IMG/VR virus record: IMGVR_UViG_3300035675_000004
Location: 36,943 to 100,942 of that record
Source of the DNA: a virus
Direction: 5' to 3' (one strand)
Length of the DNA stretch: 64,000 nt
Shown: piece after piece, positions 26,716 to 37,114 of the stretch
Layout of the letters: each line of letters starts with the position of its first letter
How positions within the stretch are numbered: the stretch's first letter is position 1
Translations under genes and position numbers: made by a program
The notes under the pieces: model-generated
Database searches by the model: none
The model's input: the letters and a program-made list of their open reading frames with translations, nothing else
What the model was told of the DNA's origin: nothing

Positions 26716-27558
26716 ATGATACTCAGAAGTCCAAGAACATACAAATACACCGGCGACCAATCATTATGGTTACATATAAAACCATTGAAACTGGAATCAC
26801 AGGCTTCTATGGGAAGGATTGAGCCCACAGTTACAGATACAGGTGTCGAGCTTGCTTTCCTAATGCCAAATGAATTTCAGGAGACAATAGATCATACATG
26901 GGATTCATATGAAAGCATGATTGGTAGAGCAGCCGAGTTGTTTACAAATATCAGGAAAGAATGGCGCGCCTTGGGAAATACATTATCAACGCTTCCATCA
27001 GCATTTGAAGCAATGCAGAAAGCTGGATTTACAGAAACATCTTGGAAAAATTTGGCCTATACTGCAGCACGAACACTTGCTACCACTGAAGCCGTCTCAA
27101 ATTATAGAGTTGATTTTCCGCTAGTATATAAAAACTCTGAAAGAAGGCGATTTGATGTGAGCGTAACATTGATAAATGAAGGCGGGGGATATGTAGATGT
27201 TGTAAGACCTGTAAAACAGTTAATGTATTATTCATCTCCAGCGAGAGCAATGGAAAAACAAAGAGTTCCAACAAATGATCCTGTAGGCCCGACTATTGAA
27301 GTGGAAGTACCATCTCTGATTGATATAGTGTTGCCCCATGTTTTTCAAGTATGGACAATGCCAGGAAAAACAATCTATTTTAGATGGGCAGCATTAAAAA
27401 ATATACAACCAACATATAAAGGCCCTTTCATTAAAGGTGTGCCTACAAGTTGCGAGTTGATGTTATCTTTTACAGATGTAGAACCATTATTCTCTGATTT
27501 TATTTTTCCTGATGCGAAGAAAGTAAATTATAAGGAAGCATATAAATCTCCAAAGTAA
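26716..27558 (+). CDS. Baseplate tail-tube cap (gp48-like)
   Basis: FLMP..F.E...H.W; YKNSERRRF; AAL..IQPTY..G.PTSCEL.LSFT.VEPL; position before gp53. Confidence 0.7.
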   Translation: MILRSPRTYKYTGDQSLWLHIKPLKLESQASMGRIEPTVTDTGVELAFLMPNEFQETIDHTWDSYESMIGRAAELFTNIRKEWRALGNTLSTLPSAFEAMQKAGFTETSWKNLAYTAARTLATTEAVSNYRVDFPLVYKNSERRRFDVSVTLINEGGGYVDVVRPVKQLMYYSSPARAMEKQRVPTNDPVGPTIEVEVPSLIDIVLPHVFQVWTMPGKTIYFRWAALKNIQPTYKGPFIKGVPTSCELMLSFTDVEPLFSDFIFPDAKKVNYKEAYKSPK

Positions 27559-27568
27559 CGAGGTAATT

Positions 27569-27949
27569 ATGGCAATCACAAAACTTGGAAGTGACTATAC
27601 TGAAATAACTGGTAAGCAATTAAGTAGCGCATCACTACTAAGAATGTTTGACATTCTACAGGATGACGATGAAAATAAATTTATGAACATTTTCAGGTCA
27701 TATGTAGTGGACGAAGCTACACTCAATGATATGTTATATTTTGATACATATGAGGCAACACACGACGAGTTTTTTGATGGGATATCCTATAAACTGTATG
27801 GAACGGTTGGTTTATGGTGGGTAATTTGTCTCGCTAATACCATCGCGAATCCATTTGAGGAGCTTGAGCCGGGCCAGAACTTGAAAGTATTATCATCGAG
27901 ATTTCTCTCACAAATACTTAGGGAGATAAGAACAGTATCGGAATACTAA
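27569..27949 (+). CDS. gp53: Baseplate wedge protein (gp53-like, LysM-type)
   Basis: DGISYKLYGTVGLWWVICLANTI.NPF. Confidence 0.85.
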   Translation: MAITKLGSDYTEITGKQLSSASLLRMFDILQDDDENKFMNIFRSYVVDEATLNDMLYFDTYEATHDEFFDGISYKLYGTVGLWWVICLANTIANPFEELEPGQNLKVLSSRFLSQILREIRTVSEY

Positions 27950-27950
27950 T

Positions 27951-29243
27951 ATGCCTATAGACAACGTAAAAGATTTACAATCTGTATTTGGTGTGAAAAT
28001 AATTACTCGCGATACCGGCGGCAAGGATGACAGGATAATTAGCATACCGTCTGACCTTATAATGGAATGTTTTTTTATAGAAGATATTTTTTCTATATCA
28101 ACTACAGGCAAGATGATATTCCTTGATCCGGTCGGCGGCATAGAACTTTTGCCAATAACAGGACATGAACAGCTAGCCGTTGTTTTCGGTAGTGCTCTGG
28201 AAAGGGAAATGCGTTTTGATATATGGAGCATAACAAATATAGAACAAATTCAGCAACCGGAATCAGCAGCTCAAAGTTTGATAGAAATAATTTTTGTCGA
28301 TACGCATTTTCAGAGATTGACACAGCTGGAATATAGTAAATCATGGACGAATACAAGAATATCAGATATCATCAAAGACATAACGGAAAATATGTTATAT
28401 ATAACAAGCTGGGGGCACTTTGAGGAGACAAATGAGACATTACCATATTTTTATATGCCTTATTGGACACCTGTAGAGGCGATTAGATGGTTAAGCGAGA
28501 GAGCATCTAGCAGAGAAAACGGCACGGCTGGGTATCTTTTTTACATTATAAAAGAGAAAGCAAATTTTGTTACGATGGAAAAATTGTTTCAGCAGAAGAA
28601 TATAGAAAAAACAGAAACAGATAATGTGCCTCTTTATTATAAATTTAGTCAGGCTGCCGGTGGAATGGGATATGTCAATGCACTCATGGATTGGAACTTA
28701 TCCTCTATTGATAAATTGTCTCTTTCAGGCTTGAGAGGCGGTCACAGGATGGGATATGATTTTGAGACTAAGACTTTTATTGATAACAGTTACAATTATA
28801 CTACATCAATAAGAAATTACACTATGCATGGTAAAAGGACATTATATCCACCATTGGATTATGCGGGAGCCAAATTTACGAATACAGGTGAAAATGATAG
28901 TGCAGTAATAGACAACATTTATAATAGTGAGTTTATTCATAGATACTCAAAACAGTTAGCTCTTATTGCTACGCTGATGGGGCATGAGAGAAGGGAAGCA
29001 GGAACGATGGCCTATATTGAATGGCCGAGCACTCTGCCATCTGAAAAGGTGAATAAGATGATGGAAGGAAAATATCTTATCAAATCCATCACCCATTATC
29101 TTTCAGCCAAGGCGGTGCCACCGTATAAAAATAAGGTTGTGTTCTTGAGAAACGCATATACCGATTGTGATAACAGGACATTGACAGCCTCTACCATTGT
29201 TGATATTGATGTAAATGTAAAGGCGATAGGAAGCAGGAGATAA
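27951..29243 (+). CDS. Baseplate hub protein (gp27-like)
   Basis: EDIFS..TTG...D.VG; PYWTPVEAIRWL; GKYLIKSITH; lies between gp53 and gp5. Confidence 0.75.
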   Translation: MPIDNVKDLQSVFGVKIITRDTGGKDDRIISIPSDLIMECFFIEDIFSISTTGKMIFLDPVGGIELLPITGHEQLAVVFGSALEREMRFDIWSITNIEQIQQPESAAQSLIEIIFVDTHFQRLTQLEYSKSWTNTRISDIIKDITENMLYITSWGHFEETNETLPYFYMPYWTPVEAIRWLSERASSRENGTAGYLFYIIKEKANFVTMEKLFQQKNIEKTETDNVPLYYKFSQAAGGMGYVNALMDWNLSSIDKLSLSGLRGGHRMGYDFETKTFIDNSYNYTTSIRNYTMHGKRTLYPPLDYAGAKFTNTGENDSAVIDNIYNSEFIHRYSKQLALIATLMGHERREAGTMAYIEWPSTLPSEKVNKMMEGKYLIKSITHYLSAKAVPPYKNKVVFLRNAYTDCDNRTLTASTIVDIDVNVKAIGSRR

Positions 29244-30052
29244 TGTTAAAACACCAATTTTCAGATTTACAGTTGCCCAGTGATAAGCTGGTGGGAATAT
29301 ACCGCGGAGTTGTAGAGGATAATATGGATCCTCTTGAGGCCGGCAGATGTCGAGTAAGAGTATTTGGTATTCATTCGCCCAATAGAATACAGACAGCACA
29401 GGATGGTATTCCGACTGCTGAATTGCCGTGGGCCCAGCCGGTTTGTGGTCTTATAGAGGGATCAATTTCTAACTATGGTGTGTGGAGTGTTCCAGTGCAG
29501 GGCTCCCATGTATTTGTATTTTTTGAGGCGGGGAACATTTTACAGCCAAGATATTTTGGCACAGTGCCCGGGATAGTGTCAAGCCTCACGACAACAACCG
29601 AAGGGTTCAATGATCCAGATGGTGTATATCCAGACAAGACAGGCGCGGATTTTGACAAAGGACTTGGAACATATCCCCATAATGTAGTTTTCCATGTTCA
29701 CGGTGGACACATTATAGAGGTCGATTCGACCCCGGATGCAAAAAGAATAAGAGTATATCACTCATCAGGAACAGAGATAATTGTGGACAATGACGGAAAT
29801 ATTAATATTACAGGTGTAAGAAACAAGACAAAAAATATCACAGGCGATGAGACCATAAATATAGGAGGCAATAAGGATGAAAGTGTATCGGGTGGTGACA
29901 ATAGAAGAATAGGTGGTGGGCAGACAACTTCCATTGGTGGTAATCAGCAGATAACTATCAGTGGCAATCTTCTATTAACTGTTCACGGAAATTGTGATTT
30001 CGATGTAGACGGCACACTTAATATAAAGGGTCATCCTATTAATTTGAACTAA
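29243..30052 (+). CDS. gp5: Baseplate spike (gp5-like OB-fold + beta-helix), no lysozyme domain
   Basis: GVVED.MDPLEAGRCRVRVFGIH, LPWA, YPHN, GHIIEVDSTP, YHSSGT; VxG/IxG repeats. Confidence 0.9.
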   Translation: MLKHQFSDLQLPSDKLVGIYRGVVEDNMDPLEAGRCRVRVFGIHSPNRIQTAQDGIPTAELPWAQPVCGLIEGSISNYGVWSVPVQGSHVFVFFEAGNILQPRYFGTVPGIVSSLTTTTEGFNDPDGVYPDKTGADFDKGLGTYPHNVVFHVHGGHIIEVDSTPDAKRIRVYHSSGTEIIVDNDGNINITGVRNKTKNITGDETINIGGNKDESVSGGDNRRIGGGQTTSIGGNQQITISGNLLLTVHGNCDFDVDGTLNIKGHPINLN

Positions 30053-30054
30053 TT

Positions 30055-30351
30055 ATGGCAGCAAGAGTAGCAAGATACGGAGACAAAACCGATGGTAGAT
30101 GTCGTAAAGGACATTACCACGAATATGGTCGCATCATATCCGGCTCACTGGATGTTTTTATTAACGGAAAACGAGCTGCCAGATATAATGATAAAGTGCG
30201 TGCTAACTGTCATCATCTGGCAAAAATAAACAGCGGCGCGCTGGATGTTTTTATTAATGGTTTAAAAATGGCACGCGTAGGAGATCATTTTTATGGTAGT
30301 TATAAAGGTCTTATCACAAGCGGGTCACTTGATGTATTTTACGGAGCATAA
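30055..30351 (+). CDS. PAAR-repeat spike tip protein (gp5.4-like)
   Basis: Repeats SG(S/A)LDVFING..(A/M)AR.(N/G)D and terminal SGSLDVF. Confidence 0.9.
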   Translation: MAARVARYGDKTDGRCRKGHYHEYGRIISGSLDVFINGKRAARYNDKVRANCHHLAKINSGALDVFINGLKMARVGDHFYGSYKGLITSGSLDVFYGA

Positions 30352-30353
30352 AA

Positions 30354-30740
30354 ATGGCTACAGGATATACATATTCAGATTTTGATGCAGAGCTTCCTAA
30401 GCAAGTTGATGGTGATATTCAAAAGGATGTGGATGTAGAAGCTATCAAAAATTCTCTGCAGAACATCCTCGCAACGAGAAAGGGCAGCAGGCGAATGGTT
30501 CCTGATTTTGGCTCCAATATGGATGCTCTACTATTTGAGCCGATGGATGAAACTACTGGACAAAGAATAGGTGATGAAATAATTGGTTCTATAAAACAGT
30601 GGGATGATAGAATTGTTATAGAGAAAGTAGATATAGAAGCCGAACCGGATACTAATCAATATACAATCACAGTTGATTATTATCTCAGAGGTTGGAGACA
30701 GAAAGTAGACACACTAAGAATTATTTTGAGGAAAGCATAA
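30354..30740 (+). CDS. gp25: Baseplate wedge protein
   Basis: YSDFD; AIKNSLQNILATRKGSRRMVPDFGS; LLFEPMD. Confidence 0.92.
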   Translation: MATGYTYSDFDAELPKQVDGDIQKDVDVEAIKNSLQNILATRKGSRRMVPDFGSNMDALLFEPMDETTGQRIGDEIIGSIKQWDDRIVIEKVDIEAEPDTNQYTITVDYYLRGWRQKVDTLRIILRKA

Positions 30741-32446
30741 TGAGCGACACATTAACCCCGCAATATTTGGACATTGATTTTGCAACATTGAAAGACCAAC
30801 TGAAAACGCAGTTGTCTGAGAGCACAATTTTCAGGGATTATGACTATGAAGGTGCTAACATAACTATCCTCATAGAGTTGGTTTCGTATCTCGGCGCGCT
30901 CACGACATACTACATCAACAAGGTTGCACAAAACCAATACATTGATACAGCTGACATTTATGAAACGGTTCATATGTTAGCCAGATTGAGAGGATATAAT
31001 CCGAAGGGATATATTTCTGCACAGACAAGCTTGACAATTTCTATCGGAGCTTCTGCTGGTGCCAGTGCCGGTGACGAGATTTACATTCCGGCTTGGACAG
31101 AACTTTACTGCTCTGCCGCAAGTGACAGTGATGGTAATCCGATAAAATATACAATCGTTTCGGATGTTACGGAAACAATACCAGTTACCGCTTCTTTCCC
31201 TTATGTTCTTACATCCACAATTCCGTGCAGACAGGGTGAAGTAGTGGAATATTCCTATACCGGAGATGATCTGGTTGATAACATACTCTATCTGCCATTC
31301 ATAAATTTTGACTATGATGATAACATTGATGAGACAGATTATCCTTCTATTCAAGTAAAGGTTGAGAATGCAATCTGGACAAGAATTTCAGATTTTTATG
31401 ATGAGCTTTCGGCTCTGTCTACAGTAGACGATGTTTATATGTTCAGATATGACAAATACCAAAAATATCTTGTGGAGTTTTCAAGCTCAAGAAATACGCC
31501 GGGCGCATCAGACACAATAGATTTGACGCTTCTCAAATCTATTGGAACAGATGGAACAGTTGCAGCCAGTTCCATTGATACATTCAGCGAAACCAATTCT
31601 GTCTATAACAGGACAACATTGGCCTATCTCACCAACACCTACATAACGATTACAAACGCAACGGCTACTACAGGTGCTGCAAGTCCAGAAACGATTGACG
31701 AAGTAAAAAATGCCTCTCTTGGTGTTATGCATTCCCAGTATAGGAATGTTACTTCACTGGATTATGTTTCTCATCTTGAAGAAAGACCTGATGTAGTTGC
31801 CGCTAATGTATGGGGTGAACAGGATGTTGTTCCATCTGGAAGCACACTGGAATACAATAAGGTTCATATCGCTGTCATTCCTGATGAGTGGGGAACAGGA
31901 ACGATATTGACTTCGGCAGCCAGCGCGGGTATCGAAGTGCCGTATGAATATGCTGCTACATACAAGACAACGCTTTCAACCTGGCTTGAGCCAAGAAAAA
32001 TATTGACGGTCTATGAACAATACGATTTACCAGACCTTGTTTATTTTGCATTTGACATAGGCATCAAGGTGAAAAGGACATACACCTATTCAACGGTTAT
32101 GAATGATGTTAGGAGCAAACTGACATACTATTTCAATTCTGCTAACAGGTCATTCGGTGAGACGGTTTCACATCTGGATATTACAAATTATATTCTCGAC
32201 TCGACAATAACTTCTACTGCCGGAGAGAGTTGGGATCAGGTAAAGGGCGTTCAGAATTTGATTTTCAGAAACATAGATGTATTGACACATACTGTTTATG
32301 AACCAAACAGTGATGGAAATTATCCGCAATACAGTGTGGTGGAATCCACCTATCCTGACGAGAATAAGTTGAGGCACATCGTCCTCGGCGATGAACAATT
32401 CCCTGTGTTAGCAGCTGACTACTGCTCATTCTCAGAGGAAACATAA
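30740..32446 (+). CDS. gp6: Baseplate wedge protein
   Basis: DIDF..LK; FRDYDYEGANI; LARLRGYNPK; ETIDEVK; QYRNVTSLDY; VWGE. Confidence 0.9.
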   Translation: MSDTLTPQYLDIDFATLKDQLKTQLSESTIFRDYDYEGANITILIELVSYLGALTTYYINKVAQNQYIDTADIYETVHMLARLRGYNPKGYISAQTSLTISIGASAGASAGDEIYIPAWTELYCSAASDSDGNPIKYTIVSDVTETIPVTASFPYVLTSTIPCRQGEVVEYSYTGDDLVDNILYLPFINFDYDDNIDETDYPSIQVKVENAIWTRISDFYDELSALSTVDDVYMFRYDKYQKYLVEFSSSRNTPGASDTIDLTLLKSIGTDGTVAASSIDTFSETNSVYNRTTLAYLTNTYITITNATATTGAASPETIDEVKNASLGVMHSQYRNVTSLDYVSHLEERPDVVAANVWGEQDVVPSGSTLEYNKVHIAVIPDEWGTGTILTSAASAGIEVPYEYAATYKTTLSTWLEPRKILTVYEQYDLPDLVYFAFDIGIKVKRTYTYSTVMNDVRSKLTYYFNSANRSFGETVSHLDITNYILDSTITSTAGESWDQVKGVQNLIFRNIDVLTHTVYEPNSDGNYPQYSVVESTYPDENKLRHIVLGDEQFPVLAADYCSFSEET

Positions 32447-32447
32447 G

Positions 32448-34640
32448 ATGAGTAAATTTTCCGATAGTCCATATTTTATACTCGAAGATTATTTTACCGA
32501 TGTTGTAGTACCTTATGGAACAGCATTTACACCTGATGGAAATCTGCACGGCGGCTGTTCGGGTATTATTGCTAGGGGCGGCTATGGTATAGATTTGTTC
32601 TTGAAAGTTGATACCGTTCTCGATGATACACCGGCTCTTGTCGGTGGGTATAAAAGATTGAAGTCTATTCCTATCTCTGGATATCCGTCTGACAATGTTT
32701 ACAGATTTCGACTTGACACAACTGGTGTACGCGGGTCTGAAATGACTTTCGCTGATTTAGCATATTATGGTGGATATGAAATATATTTCAGAAAGGATTA
32801 CCTGTATCACGATTATGTTGACAGCGATGCTGATTATGATGACTTCGTGAATACCAAGAAAGTGTTTTTATACTTTGGTGAGCTCATTCCAGTTGAAGCG
32901 CCATATTTCACGGTTATATTCAATGGAATGAAGGACTATGCTGCCAAGTGTCTGCCAGAGCACAATGCTACGGATAATATAAAAGAATTTTTCAGGCTTT
33001 ACTTTGATAAGATACATCAAAAGCCGTTCAACTTGCTCAAGAACATTCATACCCTGTCTGACCCGAATGAAGTAAAGTATGATTATCTGGAATACATTGC
33101 GAATATGTTTTCTATGAATTTGATTACCGGCCTGTCTGATCAGGACGAAAGAAAATATGTCGAGAGTTTGCCAGACCTTCTGAAAAGAAAGGGAACATAC
33201 TCATCTTACTATGATATGTATAGACAGGTTCTCGGCAAGACAGATAACTATCTCAATATCTATGAAAGATGGCACGACCCGCTTCCAGAAGGCGTTACCA
33301 GCCCATACGCTTATTTTGAGGATATACTTCATACGATGTATACGCCGTATAATACATTACCGCCTACAGGCGGAGCAGGCACTGGATTTTATTGGAGTGC
33401 AGCGGTTACAGGTGCTGATGGCTATCCTACATATGACGTTGATACAGGAAAAATTCTGTCTCCGCATTTCAGATGCGAAATAGATTTATCAAGCGAACCA
33501 TTCGGTGAAGATTTCATTTTCGACGAGGATACTTATGATGAGCTTATTGAAAACTGGGCTCAAATAAAACCTGTAGCACGATATTTCTGGTTCAGCTTGT
33601 TGTCATCGCCGATTACAGATTTTACTGAAAGATATATCAGCCTCTACGGCAGTTCATACGCAGCCTATATGCAATCCAAATGTTGCGTAGAGCTCTCCGG
33701 CACATTTGCTGATTGTGTATTTTACAAGCAAACATATGCATCATCCCTGTGGATCGTGCCACATAATTTCGACACACCATATGTTATTGTCCAGTGTTTT
33801 GATGAAAATCTGGAAATGATACATCCAGCTGAAATTGAATATTACACGATGAACTCGATTGCGATAAGATGGTCTGTAGCACAGGCCGGATACTGTTTCG
33901 TCACAAAACCGGATTACACACACACAGAATTGGCCGCCTCGGCCGCTGAGTGGGTTGTCAATCACGTTCTCAATGAACAATATCTTATCGCTACGGTTAC
34001 GGATAGCACATATGATGTATTTTTCCCACAGGCTATTGAAGCTACCGATGCTAACAATATGACCGTTAGACTTTATTCAAATACGGCAGGCACCGCTGCG
34101 GTAGTCAGAGGCGAATACACACATACTCAGTCAACATCTGCGGCCAGCTGGGTTATAACACACAACTTGGATGCTCAATCTGTTATGGCTATGTTTTATG
34201 ACGATGCTAATGGGGTTATATATCCCACAACTTTTGAGCTTCTGACACCGTTTACCTGTAGAGCCATATTTGCAGAGGATATCACGGGCACAGCTGTCAT
34301 CAAGAAAATCGCGCAGGGTTCTGATACAATGTCAAGCTTGATGGAAAGTCTGTCTTACTGTAAGCTGGGCCGGGGTGGCACCGAAGTATGGATACCTGAG
34401 TATTACAATGATTTACAAGATCCATATCCGACACAATATCCGATTACAGGATATACGGAAGATGATGACTATTATTATGTAAATATAGCTATACCGACTA
34501 CAGGTGAGCTTAATATAAAGGAAATAGGTCTTTTTGATGGGAGCGACAATATCATTTGGTTTACGAGGAACAGTGAATTATATAAACCGATTGATACATC
34601 AATGATAATATTCTATAGAATAGGGAAGGTATTGGGATAA
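32448..34640 (+). CDS. Baseplate wedge protein (gp7-like) with three repeated domains
   Basis: F...F.LYFD, LLKRKGT motif after gp6; repeats YxHxQ..AS.W.I.HNL; EIGLFD. Confidence 0.65.
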   Translation: MSKFSDSPYFILEDYFTDVVVPYGTAFTPDGNLHGGCSGIIARGGYGIDLFLKVDTVLDDTPALVGGYKRLKSIPISGYPSDNVYRFRLDTTGVRGSEMTFADLAYYGGYEIYFRKDYLYHDYVDSDADYDDFVNTKKVFLYFGELIPVEAPYFTVIFNGMKDYAAKCLPEHNATDNIKEFFRLYFDKIHQKPFNLLKNIHTLSDPNEVKYDYLEYIANMFSMNLITGLSDQDERKYVESLPDLLKRKGTYSSYYDMYRQVLGKTDNYLNIYERWHDPLPEGVTSPYAYFEDILHTMYTPYNTLPPTGGAGTGFYWSAAVTGADGYPTYDVDTGKILSPHFRCEIDLSSEPFGEDFIFDEDTYDELIENWAQIKPVARYFWFSLLSSPITDFTERYISLYGSSYAAYMQSKCCVELSGTFADCVFYKQTYASSLWIVPHNFDTPYVIVQCFDENLEMIHPAEIEYYTMNSIAIRWSVAQAGYCFVTKPDYTHTELAASAAEWVVNHVLNEQYLIATVTDSTYDVFFPQAIEATDANNMTVRLYSNTAGTAAVVRGEYTHTQSTSAASWVITHNLDAQSVMAMFYDDANGVIYPTTFELLTPFTCRAIFAEDITGTAVIKKIAQGSDTMSSLMESLSYCKLGRGGTEVWIPEYYNDLQDPYPTQYPITGYTEDDDYYYVNIAIPTTGELNIKEIGLFDGSDNIIWFTRNSELYKPIDTSMIIFYRIGKVLG

Positions 34641-35251
34641 TGGCAAGAGTTCATTTTTGGCAATATTTGAGAAATGAGGAAGGACAGCCCGTAGAAGGCG
34701 GCACCATAGGTATCTATCTTGCGGGAACATCTACAGCTGCATATATTTACACACAGGAAAGTGGAGGAACTGCTTCCAATACAGTTCCGCAGCTCACTAC
34801 AGATGCTGACGGCTTCTTTGAATTTTGGATTGCGGACAGCACGGACACACACGGATATTCTGGACAGAAATTCAAAATTACTTGGGAGAAAGCCGGCGTT
34901 ATAAATTCCGGCTATGTAGATTATGTCGAGATGGTTTTGTCACCTGTTGAAGTTGATGAAACTGATACTGACACGACGAAAAACAAAATGGTCAGTAATA
35001 ATCTCGCAAGGTCATGGTCAGCCAAGGCTGGTGTGTATACTGAAACTGTAGAAGCTGCTAGCTGGACAGAAAATGCTGGAAACTGGTTTGCTGAAATTAC
35101 ACATAGTCTTGAAAATGAATATCCAGTTGTTTTTGTTTACGATGATGACGATGATCTTAGTATTCAGATATACTGTCAGAAGATCAATGCTTCAACCGTA
35201 AGGGTTTGGAGAACTGATCAGAAAAAATCATACGTAACGGTAGTTGGATAA
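34640..35251 (+). CDS. Virion structural protein (tail fibre/head-binding-like N-terminus)
   Basis: IYLAGTST.A.IY...PQLTTDADGFFEFW motif typical of fibre/spike N-termini; one more H.L...P.V.VYD repeat. Confidence 0.6.
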   Translation: MARVHFWQYLRNEEGQPVEGGTIGIYLAGTSTAAYIYTQESGGTASNTVPQLTTDADGFFEFWIADSTDTHGYSGQKFKITWEKAGVINSGYVDYVEMVLSPVEVDETDTDTTKNKMVSNNLARSWSAKAGVYTETVEAASWTENAGNWFAEITHSLENEYPVVFVYDDDDDLSIQIYCQKINASTVRVWRTDQKKSYVTVVG

Positions 35252-35617
35252 ATGAGACTAATAAAATACCTGTCCTACTCTGGATTGGATGACAAGACCA
35301 ATATCTTTAGAGCCCTGTCTATCAAACTGGTTGACGCGCCGATGACAGCGAACAGGGAGATTGTGTCCGAAGTTGTGGATAGGTATAAACTTGACGAAGA
35401 ATTGCTTACCATTATAGATGATCTAAATAAACAACTCAAAAAAACATACAAAGGAAAACTAAAATTCGATTTTTGTTTGGAAGAAGGAAGCGAGATTTCT
35501 AAGGTAAAGACGAAACGAGCAGAGAGATTGAAACTCAAGGCTTTCGAGGCCAGCAGGTTCCTGAGTAAGCAACAGTTTCATCTTGAGAAAAAACTGAGCG
35601 ATGAGATGAACAAATAA
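35252..35617 (+). CDS. Hypothetical protein (leader MRLIKYLS)
   Basis: Abuts the previous stop codon. Confidence 0.6.
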   Translation: MRLIKYLSYSGLDDKTNIFRALSIKLVDAPMTANREIVSEVVDRYKLDEELLTIIDDLNKQLKKTYKGKLKFDFCLEEGSEISKVKTKRAERLKLKAFEASRFLSKQQFHLEKKLSDEMNK

Positions 35618-35640
35618 ATGGTGTATTACTGAGGAGGACA

Positions 35641-35669
35641 TTTACTCGGTAGCATCATTGTATTATAAT
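35641..35669 (+). promoter_or_regulatory. Sigma70/early-type promoter for the gp55-gp47-gp46 unit
   Basis: TTTACT, 17-nt spacer, TATAAT. Confidence 0.75.
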
Positions 35670-35680
35670 AGGTATAAAAA

Positions 35681-36118
35681 ATGGCGAGAAAAAAGAATAT
35701 GAGTAATGGTGGTTACTATATAAGAAATAGTGACCTTTTGCCTGAAATAGTGAAGTACAAAGAGAATGGTTGCGCTTCTGAAAGCCTCGGGAAGATGCTT
35801 ATGACCATCGCTTCAAACTTTTCATCAAAGGGTAGTTTTTCTGGATATACTTGGCGGGAAGATATGGTGTCCGATGCCGTTCTAACCTGTCTCAAATATC
35901 TGAAAAACTTTGATGAGAAGAAGTCACAAAATGCGTTTGGATATATTACACAGATTTGTAAAAATGCCTTTCTAACATATATTAAAGACCAAAATAAGCA
36001 TAGTGTGATAAAAGATATTTGTTATAAAGAAGCCGTTCAACACATCAGGGAACAAGCTGATAGTAGAGAAGTGGAGAAAGAGCTTAAAGGTATTAATTAT
36101 CAAAAATTTCTTGAATAA
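35681..36118 (+). CDS. gp55: Late-transcription sigma factor
   Basis: YIRNSDLL, FSGYTWREDMVSDA, KYLKNFD, NAFGYITQI..NAFL. Confidence 0.93.
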   Translation: MARKKNMSNGGYYIRNSDLLPEIVKYKENGCASESLGKMLMTIASNFSSKGSFSGYTWREDMVSDAVLTCLKYLKNFDEKKSQNAFGYITQICKNAFLTYIKDQNKHSVIKDICYKEAVQHIREQADSREVEKELKGINYQKFLE

Positions 36119-36121
36119 CAT

Positions 36122-37114
36122 ATGAGAAAATTGCTTTTGGTGGGCGATACACATCTTGGCCAGTATAAATCGGCTGACCTGTGGCACGAAACCACCTTGA
36201 AACTGTTCAAGTCAATAGTAGACACTTGTATCCGAAGGGATATAAAAACCATCGTCCATCTGGGCGATTTTTTTGACAACCGCCGACATTTGAATGTCAA
36301 AACTCTCTACACGGGTCTGCAGATTGCAGATCTTCTCAAAGATTTCGAGACCTATATCATCATAGGAAACCACGACACATTTTATAAAGACAAGATTGAG
36401 CCGACCAGCCTGAGTATTTTTGGTGAGCACGGTAACATTCACATCATCCACGAAATAACAAAATTTGATGATGCTATTATGGTGCCGTGGGGAGCTAATA
36501 TGAAAGATGTTCCCGATGCAAAATATCTCCTCGGCCATTTGGAAATCAATGGGTTCCCTGTAGTGCAGGGATATGAGTTTGAGAAGGCCGATATTACCAT
36601 AAAGGATTTCAAAAGATTTGGCAAAGTGTATAGTGGTCATTTTCACATCCCTTCACATAAGGGAAACATCACATACTTGGGAGCAGCCCTACAGACAAAC
36701 TTTGGTGATACTGGAAGCAAGAGAGGATATTATATCTTTGATAATGATGAACTGGAATTTGTGGAATTTAACGATGGCCCGAAGTTTGTGGTAATTACCA
36801 CGGCCGATCCAGTAGAGCCGCAAAAGATAACAGGAAACATCGTCAAGATGATTTATCTCAAGGACTACGGTAGTGTCGAGAACAATAAAATCCTTGAGAA
36901 CATTCAAATGTATGGGCCCCTCTATCTGTTCACGGACTTCGGCAAGATAACCAATATAGGCAACAAGCCCGGTGTTCCTGATGCCCAGATACAGTTGAAA
37001 AGCAACAAGGATATACTGGACGATTTCATAAACAAGATATCGTTGCCAGACCATATAAAGAAATCGACATTGAGAAATATTATAACAATGTTATTGAAAG
37101 AGGAGCACGCATGA
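36122..37114 (+). CDS. gp47: Recombination endonuclease subunit (Mre11/SbcD-like)
   Basis: GDTHLG, HLGDFFDNR, IGNHD, GHLEI, SGHFH. Confidence 0.93.
   Translation: MRKLLLVGDTHLGQYKSADLWHETTLKLFKSIVDTCIRRDIKTIVHLGDFFDNRRHLNVKTLYTGLQIADLLKDFETYIIIGNHDTFYKDKIEPTSLSIFGEHGNIHIIHEITKFDDAIMVPWGANMKDVPDAKYLLGHLEINGFPVVQGYEFEKADITIKDFKRFGKVYSGHFHIPSHKGNITYLGAALQTNFGDTGSKRGYYIFDNDELEFVEFNDGPKFVVITTADPVEPQKITGNIVKMIYLKDYGSVENNKILENIQMYGPLYLFTDFGKITNIGNKPGVPDAQIQLKSNKDILDDFINKISLPDHIKKSTLRNIITMLLKEEHA

Noticed and set aside
30148-30260. Direct repeat CTGGATGTTTTTATTAA(C/T)GG twice, possible CRISPR-like repeat
   Set aside because: Lies in frame within the PAAR gene and encodes its internal LDVFING repeats; only two close copies.
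35252-35617. gp33 or another transcription factor because it neighbours gp55
   Set aside because: No recognisable gp33 motif, and a promoter separates it from gp55.
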